DNA of 14,373 nucleotides from a virus: UHGV virus genome UHGV-1698782; one strand, 5' to 3'. Shown piece by piece: positions 7,336 to 14,373 of this stretch (position 1 is its first letter; each line of letters starts with the position of its first letter). The notes under the pieces were generated by a model. It saw only the letters and a program-made list of their open reading frames with translations, ran no database searches and was not told where the DNA came from. The position numbers and the translations under genes were made by a program.

Positions 7336-7357
7336 ATCACCCAAACATCACCCAAAC
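7336..7357. repeat. Perfect tandem 11-mer (ATCACCCAAAC x2) upstream of the protease gene
   Basis: Read directly from the plus strand at 7336-7346 and 7347-7357; contains the ATCACC operator-type half-site. Confidence 0.9.
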
Positions 7358-7416
7358 GTCTCTTCAGGTTACTAGTTAACAACAGGCCAAAAATTCTGTC
7401 TGAACGTATTGAAATA

Positions 7417-7440
7417 AAGGCCGGGAAAGCGGCCTTGTTT
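7417..7440. terminator. Rho-independent terminator directly after the small secreted-peptide gene
   Basis: AAGGCCG-GGAAAG-CGGCCTT hairpin at 7417-7436; the small ORF stop codon (TAA, 7443-7441) sits immediately before it on the minus strand; GTTTTT follows on the plus strand, so it may act in both directions. Confidence 0.55.
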
Positions 7441-7602
7441 TTAGCGAATACCACCACCGCCAGGACGAGAATCAGCAGAACGACCACCACAACGAGAGCC
7501 GTCAGCAGCGGTATCATTGTCGTGTTGGCAACGACCAGCGAATGATTGAGTCGAAGCTACCAGTGACAACAAAACGAACAATACAGCAAATGATTTTTTC
7601 AT
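7441..7602 (-). CDS. Small exported protein: 22-aa Sec-type signal peptide plus a 31-aa Gly/Arg/Ser/Asp-rich mature peptide with two Cys
   Basis: MKKSFAVLFVLLSLVASTQSFA | GRCQHDNDTAADGSRCGGRSADSRPGGGGIR; canonical n-h-c signal peptide with an AxA-type cleavage site; codons are mostly GGT/CGT/GCT; stop codon is followed at once by a terminator. Same strand as cI, 97 nt downstream of it. Confidence 0.5.
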   Translation of the reverse strand: MKKSFAVLFVLLSLVASTQSFAGRCQHDNDTAADGSRCGGRSADSRPGGGGIR

Positions 7603-7698
7603 GTAAGACTCTATAGGTTGTGGGCAACTCAGATAATAATGCCAGAAAATCGCTTCCCAAGCATCTCCCGGCAAGGTTATTAATATCGCTCTGTGAGC

Positions 7699-8412
7699 TC
7701 AATCAAAAGTATCATCATTCCACTGCGATTTGATGACCTTTCCGACAAACTGGCAGTTTTCGTTACACTCAATCATGTCGAATCGTGGGTTGAGCGGCTC
7801 CAGGTACGCTTTACCGCTCTCACGAATGAATCGTTTGAAGGTAAATTCATCGCCGTTCATTCGGGCCACGCAAAAATCGCCATCCTCGATTTCCCGTTCA
7901 GGGTCAACGAGTATCAGCATACCTTCAGGGAAGCTGGGTTTACCACCCTGCGGTGCGGTCATTGAATGCCCCTTGACCTCCAGCCAGAACGACCTGTCAC
8001 TGGCTTTTGTGGTGGTGGAGATCCATTTAATCGCATCTTTTGCGGTGTACGAAATATCATCCATTGAGAATGCGCCAGCTTGTACGCAGGAGAGTAACGG
8101 ATATTCGTAAGCGGGGACACGAGTTAATGGCTCTTCAATTGCGAGCGCCATTTCTGCAATAGATTTTGCCAGGCTGGGACTGAAATCTCCGACCTTTACA
8201 TTCAGTATCTTAGCAAGCTGTGCTGCGTGGCTGGCATTTATGGCGTTGATGCCAGCCATTAGCTGATTAACAGCGCTTTGGGTAACACCTAATTCATAGG
8301 CTAATGATTCCTGCGACAGGCCTAACTCTTTCTTTTTAGCGTTAAAAATACTTTTCAGACGCTTGGCGTCTTCCAGTTGCTCAGGGGTTAACGGTTTCTT
8401 TTTCATGTTCAT
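7699..8412 (-). CDS. cI: CI-type prophage repressor (HTH N-domain plus S24 LexA-like autocleavage C-domain)
   Basis: Collinear with lambda CI as I remember it ([20 protein letters not shown]..., [19 protein letters not shown]-terminal [30 protein letters not shown]...FKR with the Ser/Lys dyad). Confidence 0.95.
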   Translation of the reverse strand: MNMKKKPLTPEQLEDAKRLKSIFNAKKKELGLSQESLAYELGVTQSAVNQLMAGINAINASHAAQLAKILNVKVGDFSPSLAKSIAEMALAIEEPLTRVPAYEYPLLSCVQAGAFSMDDISYTAKDAIKWISTTTKASDRSFWLEVKGHSMTAPQGGKPSFPEGMLILVDPEREIEDGDFCVARMNGDEFTFKRFIRESGKAYLEPLNPRFDMIECNENCQFVGKVIKSQWNDDTFD

Positions 8413-8507
8413 ACCATATCACCTTTGGTTATATGTAATGAAATATCTGCGGTGTTGACATTTTAATAACTGTGCGTAATGATATGGGCATTTTGAAGGA
8501 GTCAGTT
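8413..8507. promoter_or_regulatory. Divergent immunity control region (OR operators, PR, PRM)
   Basis: PR: TTGACA (8455-8460), ~17 nt, AATGAT (8478-8483), then RBS AAGGAG and the cro ATG. Operator-like 17-mer TATCACCTTTGGTTATA at 8417-8433; further TATCAC/GGTG-containing half-sites overlap the -35 and -10. PRM position is approximate. Confidence 0.7.
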
Positions 8508-8711
8508 ATGGCGATGAAAAAAGAGACCCTGGCTGATTACGTATACAGGTTCGGTCAGAAGAAAGCCGCTAAGGACTTTGGTGTGGCGCAGAGCGCGATC
8601 AGTAAAGCGCTTCTTGTCGGACGTGAAATTTACGTCAAAACCTTTGATGACGGCAGAGTTGAGGCGGAAGAGGTTCGACCGTTCCCTGCGTTCGTAAGAG
8701 GCGATGATTAA
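8508..8711 (+). CDS. cro: Cro-type repressor (67 aa)
   Basis: [43 protein letters not shown]...EEVRPFP parallels lambda Cro (…[36 protein letters not shown]...EEVKPFP); RBS AAGGAG precedes the ATG at 8508. Confidence 0.85.
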   Translation: MAMKKETLADYVYRFGQKKAAKDFGVAQSAISKALLVGREIYVKTFDDGRVEAEEVRPFPAFVRGDD

Positions 8712-8741
8712 TCCTGGACACACAGCCCATCGGAGGTGTGA

Positions 8742-9023
8742 GTGAACAGGCAAATCAAAACGGTTATGCCCGATCAGTACAGCGATGCTGATCGGGACTG
8801 GATACAGGAGCAATTGTTACAGCTAGACCCGACCACCCGGGTAAAAATTGCAGCAGAGTACGCGAGAGTGTACCAGGAAGAGTGGGACAAGGAGCCTGTA
8901 TCGTTCAGGAAGGGCAACAGGGCAAGACGGAGCGCCAACACCCGGTTACGGGTGTATGTCCAGAAGTACGCGAGAGCCAGCCGTGGCTGGATGCTTTCGC
9001 CAGTAGCGATACGGAAGGAATAG
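8742..9023 (+). CDS. Hypothetical protein in the cII position (93 aa, GTG start); function unknown
   Basis: RBS GGAGG 5 nt before the GTG at 8742; basic C-terminus (RKGNRARRSANTRLRVYVQKYARASRGW); no recognisable CII-like helix-turn-helix. Confidence 0.45.
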   Translation: MNRQIKTVMPDQYSDADRDWIQEQLLQLDPTTRVKIAAEYARVYQEEWDKEPVSFRKGNRARRSANTRLRVYVQKYARASRGWMLSPVAIRKE

Positions 9024-9051
9024 ACCTCATCAAGGTGATTATTTTTTTGTG

Positions 9052-9075
9052 AAATAATTTCATATGAAATTATTT
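9052..9075. repeat. Perfect 24-bp palindrome AAATAATTTCAT|ATGAAATTATTT in the AT-rich intergenic region before the replication genes
   Basis: Read directly; the second half is the exact reverse complement of the first; flanked by further GAAAT(T/A) motifs. Confidence 0.9.
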
Positions 9076-9245
9076 GGCTTGAAATTTTACTAAGAAGGGG
9101 GTAAGGGGGCAGATCTGTAACATCCGTGCCCGTAAGGGCACTACCAGAGGAAGGCAGCTCCATAGGTTAGGTAGATCACTGTATAGGGCGCGATAGTTTC
9201 TGGCGAAATTATTATTGTGCTAACTATCACAGTGGAAATAGTACC

Positions 9246-9632
9246 ATGTTCATCAAACATGTGGTTATCAGCCTGCTCGGAAACAAATTCTACACCGGAA
9301 AAGACAAGGTCACGTTTGATTATGTGCTGGCTGCCAAATTGCGTGATGCCGGACTGGCGATCGAACGTAATTATCTGGTTGATATGGGCAACGGTAAGCG
9401 CGGATTCGTCGATATCATGGTCGTTGCCCCATCTGGTGAACGGTGCGCGATCGAGGTGGACAGAGCGTCACCACGGGCACGTTCAATACTGAAACTGCGC
9501 AGACTCAAGCTATACGGCATTCCTGGTATCGTGCTTCTGCGCTGTTCACGTAATCCGGATCAATACGTTAGCGATGAGATCGACGTGATCCCGGCAACGG
9601 GTAAATCACGTAGCAAGGGGGCGTCATGCTGA
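9246..9632 (+). CDS. Hypothetical protein, possibly a PD-(D/E)xK-like nuclease fold (128 aa)
   Basis: Segment GKRGFVDIMVVAPSGERCAIEVDRAS has the spacing of a D...E-x-(K/D) nuclease core; stop overlaps the helicase start. Assignment is tentative. Confidence 0.5.
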   Translation: MFIKHVVISLLGNKFYTGKDKVTFDYVLAAKLRDAGLAIERNYLVDMGNGKRGFVDIMVVAPSGERCAIEVDRASPRARSILKLRRLKLYGIPGIVLLRCSRNPDQYVSDEIDVIPATGKSRSKGASC

Positions 9633-11146
9633 AAATAATCCCAAACTTTGCTCAGGAGCGCGGTTTAAACCAGCTGCGGCACCAGTGGAAACAGCATCGC
9701 ACGTACTTGATGTACGCACCCACTGGCTCTGGCAAAACTGGTCTTGCAGCATTCGTCACCGCCGGAATGGTTGAACGTGGTATGCGGGTGATGTTTGTCT
9801 GTCCGTACACCATCCTGCTGAACCAGACAGCGGAACGTTTCACCGAATACGGTTTACCGTGGGAAGAAATCAGTTTTGTATGGCGTGATCACCCTAACTA
9901 TGACCCGTCACGACTGATTCAGATTGCCAGTGCCGACACGCTGATCCGTCGTGAGTTTCCTGACAACATCGATCTGCTGATCATCGATGAAGCACACATG
10001 AAGCGTCGTGCGTTACTTGAGGTTATCCGGGACAGAGACATCAGGGTTCTTGGACTTTCCGGCACCCCATTCGCAGCCTGGATGGGGAAGTACTACGAAT
10101 GCCTGATCAAGCCTACAACGATTCGTGAACTTATTCAGCGTGGTGATCTGAGCGATTACGAGTTTTTTGCCCCCTCAATGCCTGATCTGACTGGCGTAAA
10201 AACCAGTAACACCGTATTTGGACGGGATTACAACGAGGAACAGCTCGCATCCATCATGGGGAGTTCGGATCTGGTTGGCGATATCGTTAGCAACTGGCTT
10301 GAGAATGGCGAGGATTTACCGACGATCTGCTTCTGCGTGAACGTGGCTCATGCGAACTTTGTTACCCGTGAGTTTTTACAGTCTGGCATTGGCGCAGAGG
10401 TGATGACGGCAGATACCCCCCATGATGAACGGCAGGATATCATTCGCCGTTTTGAAGATGGTGCGACCAAAATAATTGTCAACGTCGGCGTACTGGTTGC
10501 GGGATTTGACAGCGATGTTCGCTGCCTGATCTACGCCCGTCCGACCAAATCAGAAATCCGCTGGTTGCAGTGCATCGGGAGAGCGTTACGTACTGCGTCT
10601 GGTAAAAAACGCGCATTGATTTTCGACCATTCCGGTACGGTTCATCGGCTGGGCTTCCCCGAGGATATCGAGTATGACGAACTTCCGGGAAAAAATGACG
10701 GAATGAAAGCGTCTGCTGGCGGTGGCGAGGTTAAAGCTGAAAAACTTCCCAGAGAATGCCCCAAATGCCACTTCATGAAGCCTGCTGGTGTACACATGTG
10801 TCCCAAATGTGGATTTCGCCCACTTGGTGGTGATGACGTGGCGACAGATCGCGATCGTAAGCTTTCACGCGTCAACAAAGGGAAACGCGAATACACCCGT
10901 GAGGAAAAACAGCGTTGGTGGAGTGAGATCAAGGGTTATCAGAATTACCGCAACGCGACGGGTAAACCCCTGAGTGACGGATGGTGCGCTCATACCTACA
11001 AGGAGAAGTTCGGTGTGTGGCCTAAAGGCTTCAGTAATGCGCCGCTGCAAACCTCAGTTGAAGTGTACAACTTCATCAAGTCAAAGACCATTGCCTATGC
11101 CAAAGGGCGCAAGAAAGCCATGACAGGAGGCCAGCATGCAGACTAA
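9626..11146 (+). CDS. SF2 (DEAD/DEAH-box type) DNA helicase with a C-terminal zinc ribbon, phage replication helicase
   Basis: Walker A APTGSGKT, DEAH box LLIIDEAHM, motif III LGLSGTP, and C-terminal CPKCHF...CPKCGF. Confidence 0.9.
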   Translation: MLKIIPNFAQERGLNQLRHQWKQHRTYLMYAPTGSGKTGLAAFVTAGMVERGMRVMFVCPYTILLNQTAERFTEYGLPWEEISFVWRDHPNYDPSRLIQIASADTLIRREFPDNIDLLIIDEAHMKRRALLEVIRDRDIRVLGLSGTPFAAWMGKYYECLIKPTTIRELIQRGDLSDYEFFAPSMPDLTGVKTSNTVFGRDYNEEQLASIMGSSDLVGDIVSNWLENGEDLPTICFCVNVAHANFVTREFLQSGIGAEVMTADTPHDERQDIIRRFEDGATKIIVNVGVLVAGFDSDVRCLIYARPTKSEIRWLQCIGRALRTASGKKRALIFDHSGTVHRLGFPEDIEYDELPGKNDGMKASAGGGEVKAEKLPRECPKCHFMKPAGVHMCPKCGFRPLGGDDVATDRDRKLSRVNKGKREYTREEKQRWWSEIKGYQNYRNATGKPLSDGWCAHTYKEKFGVWPKGFSNAPLQTSVEVYNFIKSKTIAYAKGRKKAMTGGQHAD

Positions 11147-12107
11147 GAAGGCAGCGGCCGGGCATTGGGGGCGAATTTTTGAATATTACGGCATGCCTCC
11201 TGTTACTGGCTTGAAACATTATAGCGGCCCCTGCCCGATATGTGGTGCCAGAGGTAAATTTCGCTGTGATGATAAGGATGGTTCCGGTTCATGGATTTGT
11301 GTCTGTGGTCACGGGGACGGGATGAAGTTGTTGCAACTTGCCACGGGTAAGCCCTGGGTTGATCTGTGCGATGAAGTCGATCGACTGGTTGGTAATACCT
11401 GGAAGAGAGGGCATGCCAGACGCACTGTAACGGATATTGCCAGAGAACGGGAGCGGGTCATGGATAAGTTTGCCGGACTCCCGTGTCTGCGGGGCACAAC
11501 AGGTGAGGCGTACCTGCAGGGGAGGGGAATACTCCAGTTACCGACCGAATCCGTGCGTTTCTGTGACCGTCAGATCGCCAGCGGGCGCGAATATCAGGCA
11601 ATTTACGCCATTGCAACAGATGACAAAGGTTCTCTTTGCTATCTGCATCGTACGTTGCTGGATGGTGATCGCAAGGCGAATGTAGAGGCGGCTAAAAAAA
11701 TGACTGCGCTACAGGAGTTGCCTGGTTTGCAGCATGCCAAATCGGTGGCAATACGCCTGTATCCGGTGTCGTCCACTCTGGGGATAGCCGAGGGTATCGA
11801 AACTGCGCTTTCATGCCGTCAAATCTTCCGCTGCAATGTGTGGTCAACAATGAACTCCGGTTTTATGGAGAAGTTTATTGCGCCACCAGGCGTTAATCAC
11901 CTGATTATCTTTGCAGACAATGATGAGCACGGCGCAGGTCTGGCGGCTGCCTTTAAATGTGGGCATAAGAATCTCATGAGTCGTAATGACGTTGAGAAGG
12001 TCAGCATTCGCTGGCCTGACTTGCCGGATTTTAACGACATGCTCATTCAGGGGTGTGAAGCCCGTGAACATGTGTTGACGCGCAAATTCAAAGCGGAGGC
12101 TGCCTGA
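11136..12107 (+). CDS. Zinc-finger plus Toprim-domain DNA primase
   Basis: N-terminal CPICGARGKFRCDDKDGSGSWICVCGHGDG zinc-binding motif; Toprim signatures GIAEGIETALS (catalytic Glu) and IIFADNDEHG (DxD); overlaps the helicase stop. Confidence 0.85.
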   Translation: MQTKKAAAGHWGRIFEYYGMPPVTGLKHYSGPCPICGARGKFRCDDKDGSGSWICVCGHGDGMKLLQLATGKPWVDLCDEVDRLVGNTWKRGHARRTVTDIARERERVMDKFAGLPCLRGTTGEAYLQGRGILQLPTESVRFCDRQIASGREYQAIYAIATDDKGSLCYLHRTLLDGDRKANVEAAKKMTALQELPGLQHAKSVAIRLYPVSSTLGIAEGIETALSCRQIFRCNVWSTMNSGFMEKFIAPPGVNHLIIFADNDEHGAGLAAAFKCGHKNLMSRNDVEKVSIRWPDLPDFNDMLIQGCEAREHVLTRKFKAEAA

Positions 12108-12556
12108 TGGAAATAGAGATGATCAAGGCGGCTAATGGCGTATTTGTACCGGCGTATGAGCGCGATTTACCCCGACTGGCAAAATTTAAAAACGGTGAGC
12201 TGTATACACTGGAAGCAAAACTTACCCGTAACCCATCTTTTCACCGGAAGATGTTCGCTTTTCTTAATTTCTGCTTTCAGTACTGGTGCGCTGAACATGC
12301 TGGATACGAATTCTCTGATGAAGCGACGCAGTTTGATGAGTTTCGTAAAAATCTGACAATTCTTGCCGGGTTCTATGATGTGGTCACAACCATAAGAGGC
12401 GAGGTGAGATATCGGGCAAAAAGCCTGAGTTACGCGAATATGGATCAGGATGAGTTTGAACGTTGCTACAACGCAATGATTAATGCCGCGTTAAAGCATG
12501 TGTTTGGGCGCTCAAACAGCCCTGAACTGAATAACCGCCTGCTGTCGTTTTTCTGA
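12107..12556 (+). CDS. DUF1367-like lambdoid phage protein (149 aa)
   Basis: 1-nt overlap with the primase stop; the sequence is of a type I recall from nin-region DUF1367 proteins. Family assignment is from memory only. Confidence 0.5.
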   Translation: MEIEMIKAANGVFVPAYERDLPRLAKFKNGELYTLEAKLTRNPSFHRKMFAFLNFCFQYWCAEHAGYEFSDEATQFDEFRKNLTILAGFYDVVTTIRGEVRYRAKSLSYANMDQDEFERCYNAMINAALKHVFGRSNSPELNNRLLSFF

Positions 12557-12560
12557 GGTG

Positions 12561-13127
12561 ATGATGAAGCAACGTAAACCCAAAAAATGCAAAGTGTGCG
12601 GCTCCTCGTTTGTGCCGTTCCGCTCATATCAGAAAGTTTGCTGTGGTCAGTGCGCACTGGAACTGGTCAGAAAAGAAAAGGCGATAACTTCAGCAAAAGA
12701 GCAGGCAGACAAGCTGAAAGCGCGCAGGAGGGACTTACAGCCCCGCAGTTACTGGATTAAGCAGGCACAACAGGCTGTGAATGCTTATATCAGGGAGCGG
12801 GACCGTCATTTGCCGTGTGTTTCATGCGGGACGTTAGATTCAGCCCAGTGGGATGCTGGCCATTACCGTACAACAGCTGCGGCACCTCAGCTCAGATTTG
12901 ATGAACGCAATATCCATAAGCAATGCGTGGTGTGTAACCAATACAAAAGCGGAAATCTCGTTCCGTATCGCGTCGAACTGATTAACCGCATCGGGCAGGA
13001 AGCAGTAGACGAAATCGAATCAAACCATAGTCGCCACCGCTGGACTGTCGAAGAGTGCAAGGCGATCAAGGCAGAGTATCAACAGAAATTTAAAGGCCTG
13101 CGAAACAGCAGAAGTGAGGCCGCATGA
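12561..13127 (+). CDS. ninG: NinG (Rap) recombination-promoting structure-specific endonuclease
   Basis: The C-terminal two-thirds closely follow lambda NinG as I remember it ([106 protein letters not shown]...LRNSRSEAA). Confidence 0.9.
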   Translation: MMKQRKPKKCKVCGSSFVPFRSYQKVCCGQCALELVRKEKAITSAKEQADKLKARRRDLQPRSYWIKQAQQAVNAYIRERDRHLPCVSCGTLDSAQWDAGHYRTTAAAPQLRFDERNIHKQCVVCNQYKSGNLVPYRVELINRIGQEAVDEIESNHSRHRWTVEECKAIKAEYQQKFKGLRNSRSEAA

Positions 13128-13324
13128 CGTTCACCGTAAAAATCATTCCTGACATGCTTGTTGAGGCATATGGAAATCAGACCGAGGTGGCCCGAATACT
13201 GAACTGTAATCGTGCCACGGTCAGAAAATATATTGGCGATAAAGAAGGCAAACGGCACGCCGTCGTCAACGGTGTCCTTATGGTCCATCGTGGATGGGAT
13301 AAGGGTAAAGACTCTGATGCGTGA
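13124..13324 (+). CDS. ninH: NinH
   Basis: [58 protein letters not shown] parallels lambda NinH; ATGA overlap with the ninG stop. Confidence 0.85.
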   Translation: MTFTVKIIPDMLVEAYGNQTEVARILNCNRATVRKYIGDKEGKRHAVVNGVLMVHRGWDKGKDSDA

Positions 13325-13742
13325 TATTCAGCAGGTGCTTGAACGCTGGGGCGCATGGGTGGCCAATAATCATGAGGATGTGAGCTGGTCGCCCATTGCC
13401 GCCGGATTTAAGGGGCTGATCCCGTCAAAGGTTAAATCACGGCCTCAGTGTACCGATGACGATGCGCTGATTATCAGCAATTGCATGGCGCAACTGAACG
13501 TCAACAACAGCGATTTGCATGATTTTCTGTATGATTATTATGTGTTCGGGATGACGCTTATGTCACTGGGCCGTAAGCATGGGCGCTCTGATTGCTGGGC
13601 CGGGCGGGTACTGCAAAAAGCAGAAGGTGTTATTGAGGGGATGTTGATCATGCAGGGAGTAAAGCTGGAAATGGACAGGTACGTTGAGCGTGAACCATCA
13701 GGATCACAGGCCAGTCAGTTTGCCGGACGTGCGGGAAATTGA
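13317..13742 (+). CDS. Q: Late-gene antiterminator Q, 933W/phi21-like family
   Basis: [53 protein letters not shown]...[14 protein letters not shown]... matches the 933W-type Q N-terminus as I recall it. Start at the internal ATG at 13317 overlapping the ninH end. Confidence 0.85.
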   Translation: MRDIQQVLERWGAWVANNHEDVSWSPIAAGFKGLIPSKVKSRPQCTDDDALIISNCMAQLNVNNSDLHDFLYDYYVFGMTLMSLGRKHGRSDCWAGRVLQKAEGVIEGMLIMQGVKLEMDRYVEREPSGSQASQFAGRAGN

Positions 13743-13766
13743 AAGCGCGAGTTTTTACTGTAGAAT
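13739..13766 (+). promoter_or_regulatory. Promoter directly after Q (PR-prime position), also the likely promoter of the hok mRNA
   Basis: TTGAAA (13739-13744), 16 nt spacer, TAGAAT (13761-13766), overlapping the Q stop codon. Confidence 0.55.
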
Positions 13767-13884
13767 AGCTGCGGGTGCTTGAGGCTGTCTGCCTCGGGCA
13801 TGCAGCCGTAAGGCAGACAGAGAAAAGCCCCAGTTAACATTACGCGTCTTGCAGGACGCTTAACGTTAATCTGAGGCCAAATCT

Positions 13885-13938
13885 ATGACTTACAAACTTA
13901 GGTTAGCCTCTTACGTGCCGAAAGGCAAGGAGAAGTAG
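13885..13938 (+). CDS. Short leader ORF (17 aa) coupled to hok (mok-like function, candidate)
   Basis: GAGG RBS 8 nt before the ATG at 13885; translation MTYKLRLASYVPKGKEK; stop TAG ends 3 nt before the hok ATG and the ORF includes the hok RBS. Confidence 0.3.
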   Translation: MTYKLRLASYVPKGKEK

Positions 13939-13941
13939 GCT

Positions 13942-14097
13942 ATGAAGCAGCAAAAGGCGATGTTAATCGCCCTGATCGTCATCTGTATTACCGTCGTAGT
14001 GATAGCACTGGTAACGAGGAAAGACTTCTGCGAGGTACGAATCCGAACCGGCCAGACGGAGGTCGCTGTCTTCGTAGACTACGAATCTGAGAAGTAA
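13942..14097 (+). CDS. hok: Hok/Gef-family type I toxin (51 aa membrane peptide)
   Basis: MKQQKAMLIALIVICITVVVIALVTRKDFCEVRIRTGQTEVAVFVDYESEK is very close to the HokC/Gef pattern (MKQHKAMIVALIVICITAVVAALVTRKDLCEVHIRTGQTEVAVF...YESE); RBS AAGGAG 9 nt upstream. Confidence 0.85.
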   Translation: MKQQKAMLIALIVICITVVVIALVTRKDFCEVRIRTGQTEVAVFVDYESEK

Positions 14098-14271
14098 GAG
14101 ACCAGGCAGGGGAGTAATCTCCCGCCACCTCTGATGTGTCTGGCATCCTCAACGCACCCGTACTTTATTTGTCATATGCTCCGCAAAATGCAGGTTGTCG
14201 TTGCAACCAATGCGGTAATTTTTTGTGTGCGAGTGCTCAAAAAACGTTGATTTTCATAAAAGGATGATTTT

Positions 14272-14373
14272 ATGCTGCCAGACCAGCGACCAGCGACCAG
14301 CGACCAGCGACCAGCGACCAGCGACCAGCGACCAGCGACCAGCGACCAGCGACCAGCGACCAGCGACCAGCGA
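14272..14373 (+). CDS. Partial ORF beginning at the heptamer array (predicted PATSDQR heptapeptide repeats)
   Basis: ATG at 14272 with AAGGA about 7 nt upstream; frame stays open through the array (MLPDQRPATSDQRPATSDQR...); the 3' end is outside the window. Confidence 0.35.
   Translation, partial: MLPDQRPATSDQRPATSDQRPATSDQRPATSDQR
14284..14373. repeat. Tandem heptanucleotide array (CAGCGAC)n, at least 12 full units, continuing past the window end
   Basis: Read directly: perfect CAGCGAC units from 14284 to the last base, preceded by a degenerate unit CCAGAC. Confidence 0.95.

Noticed and set aside
7278-7517. 79-aa hydrophobic alternative-frame ORF, considered as a type I toxin
   Set aside because: It reads through the terminator hairpin and the AT-rich intergenic repeats; the other frame has a clean signal peptide, stop and terminator. 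Kept only as a caveat in the findings.
7441-7674. Longer version of the small peptide ORF starting at 7674
   Set aside because: The N-terminal extension is not signal-peptide-like, while the ATG at 7602 begins a canonical MKK-hydrophobic-AxA signal peptide.
8472-8507. Cro start at the GTG at 8472 ([12 protein letters not shown]...)
   Set aside because: That start lies within the PR promoter hexamers; the ATG at 8508 follows the AAGGAG RBS and aligns with the Cro N-terminus.
9652-11050. Minus-strand ORFs 9652..9843, 10586..10795, 10642..10932 and 10865..11050
   Set aside because: Antisense shadows inside the helicase gene with no RBS and low-complexity translations.
14036-14052. GGTACGAATCCGAACC as a tRNA T-arm
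   Set aside because: It lies inside the hok coding sequence and has no acceptor or anticodon arm context; I found no credible tRNA or rRNA gene in the window.
14284-14373. Heptamer array as a CRISPR array
   Set aside because: Units are 7 nt and contiguous with no spacers; this is a simple tandem repeat.

Overview
The window is the early/immunity half of a lambdoid enterobacterial prophage, annotated by eye from the sequence and the ORF track (no searches were run). Left to right: the end of an IS3-family (IS629-like) element inserted into a TraR/DksA-like gene; a leftward operon (minus strand) with a Dam-type adenine methyltransferase, lambda-type exonuclease, a RecT-family recombinase with a Bet-like tail, a Gam-like ORF and a Rha-family antirepressor; an immunity region with cI and cro; then a rightward operon with a nuclease-like ORF, SF2 helicase, Toprim primase, DUF1367-like protein, NinG, NinH and a 933W-type Q antiterminator. 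The most interesting part is the cI-to-PL interval (about 4.65-7.70 kb), which carries cargo instead of rexAB/N: a low-GC SDH/S49-type serine protease, a small Sec-signal mini-protein, a convergent hicAB toxin-antitoxin pair, and a promoter-to-terminator small RNA unit upstream of the antirepressor. No N-like antiterminator was found. Downstream of Q sits a Hok/Gef-type toxin locus and a CAGCGAC heptanucleotide tandem array running off the window edge.
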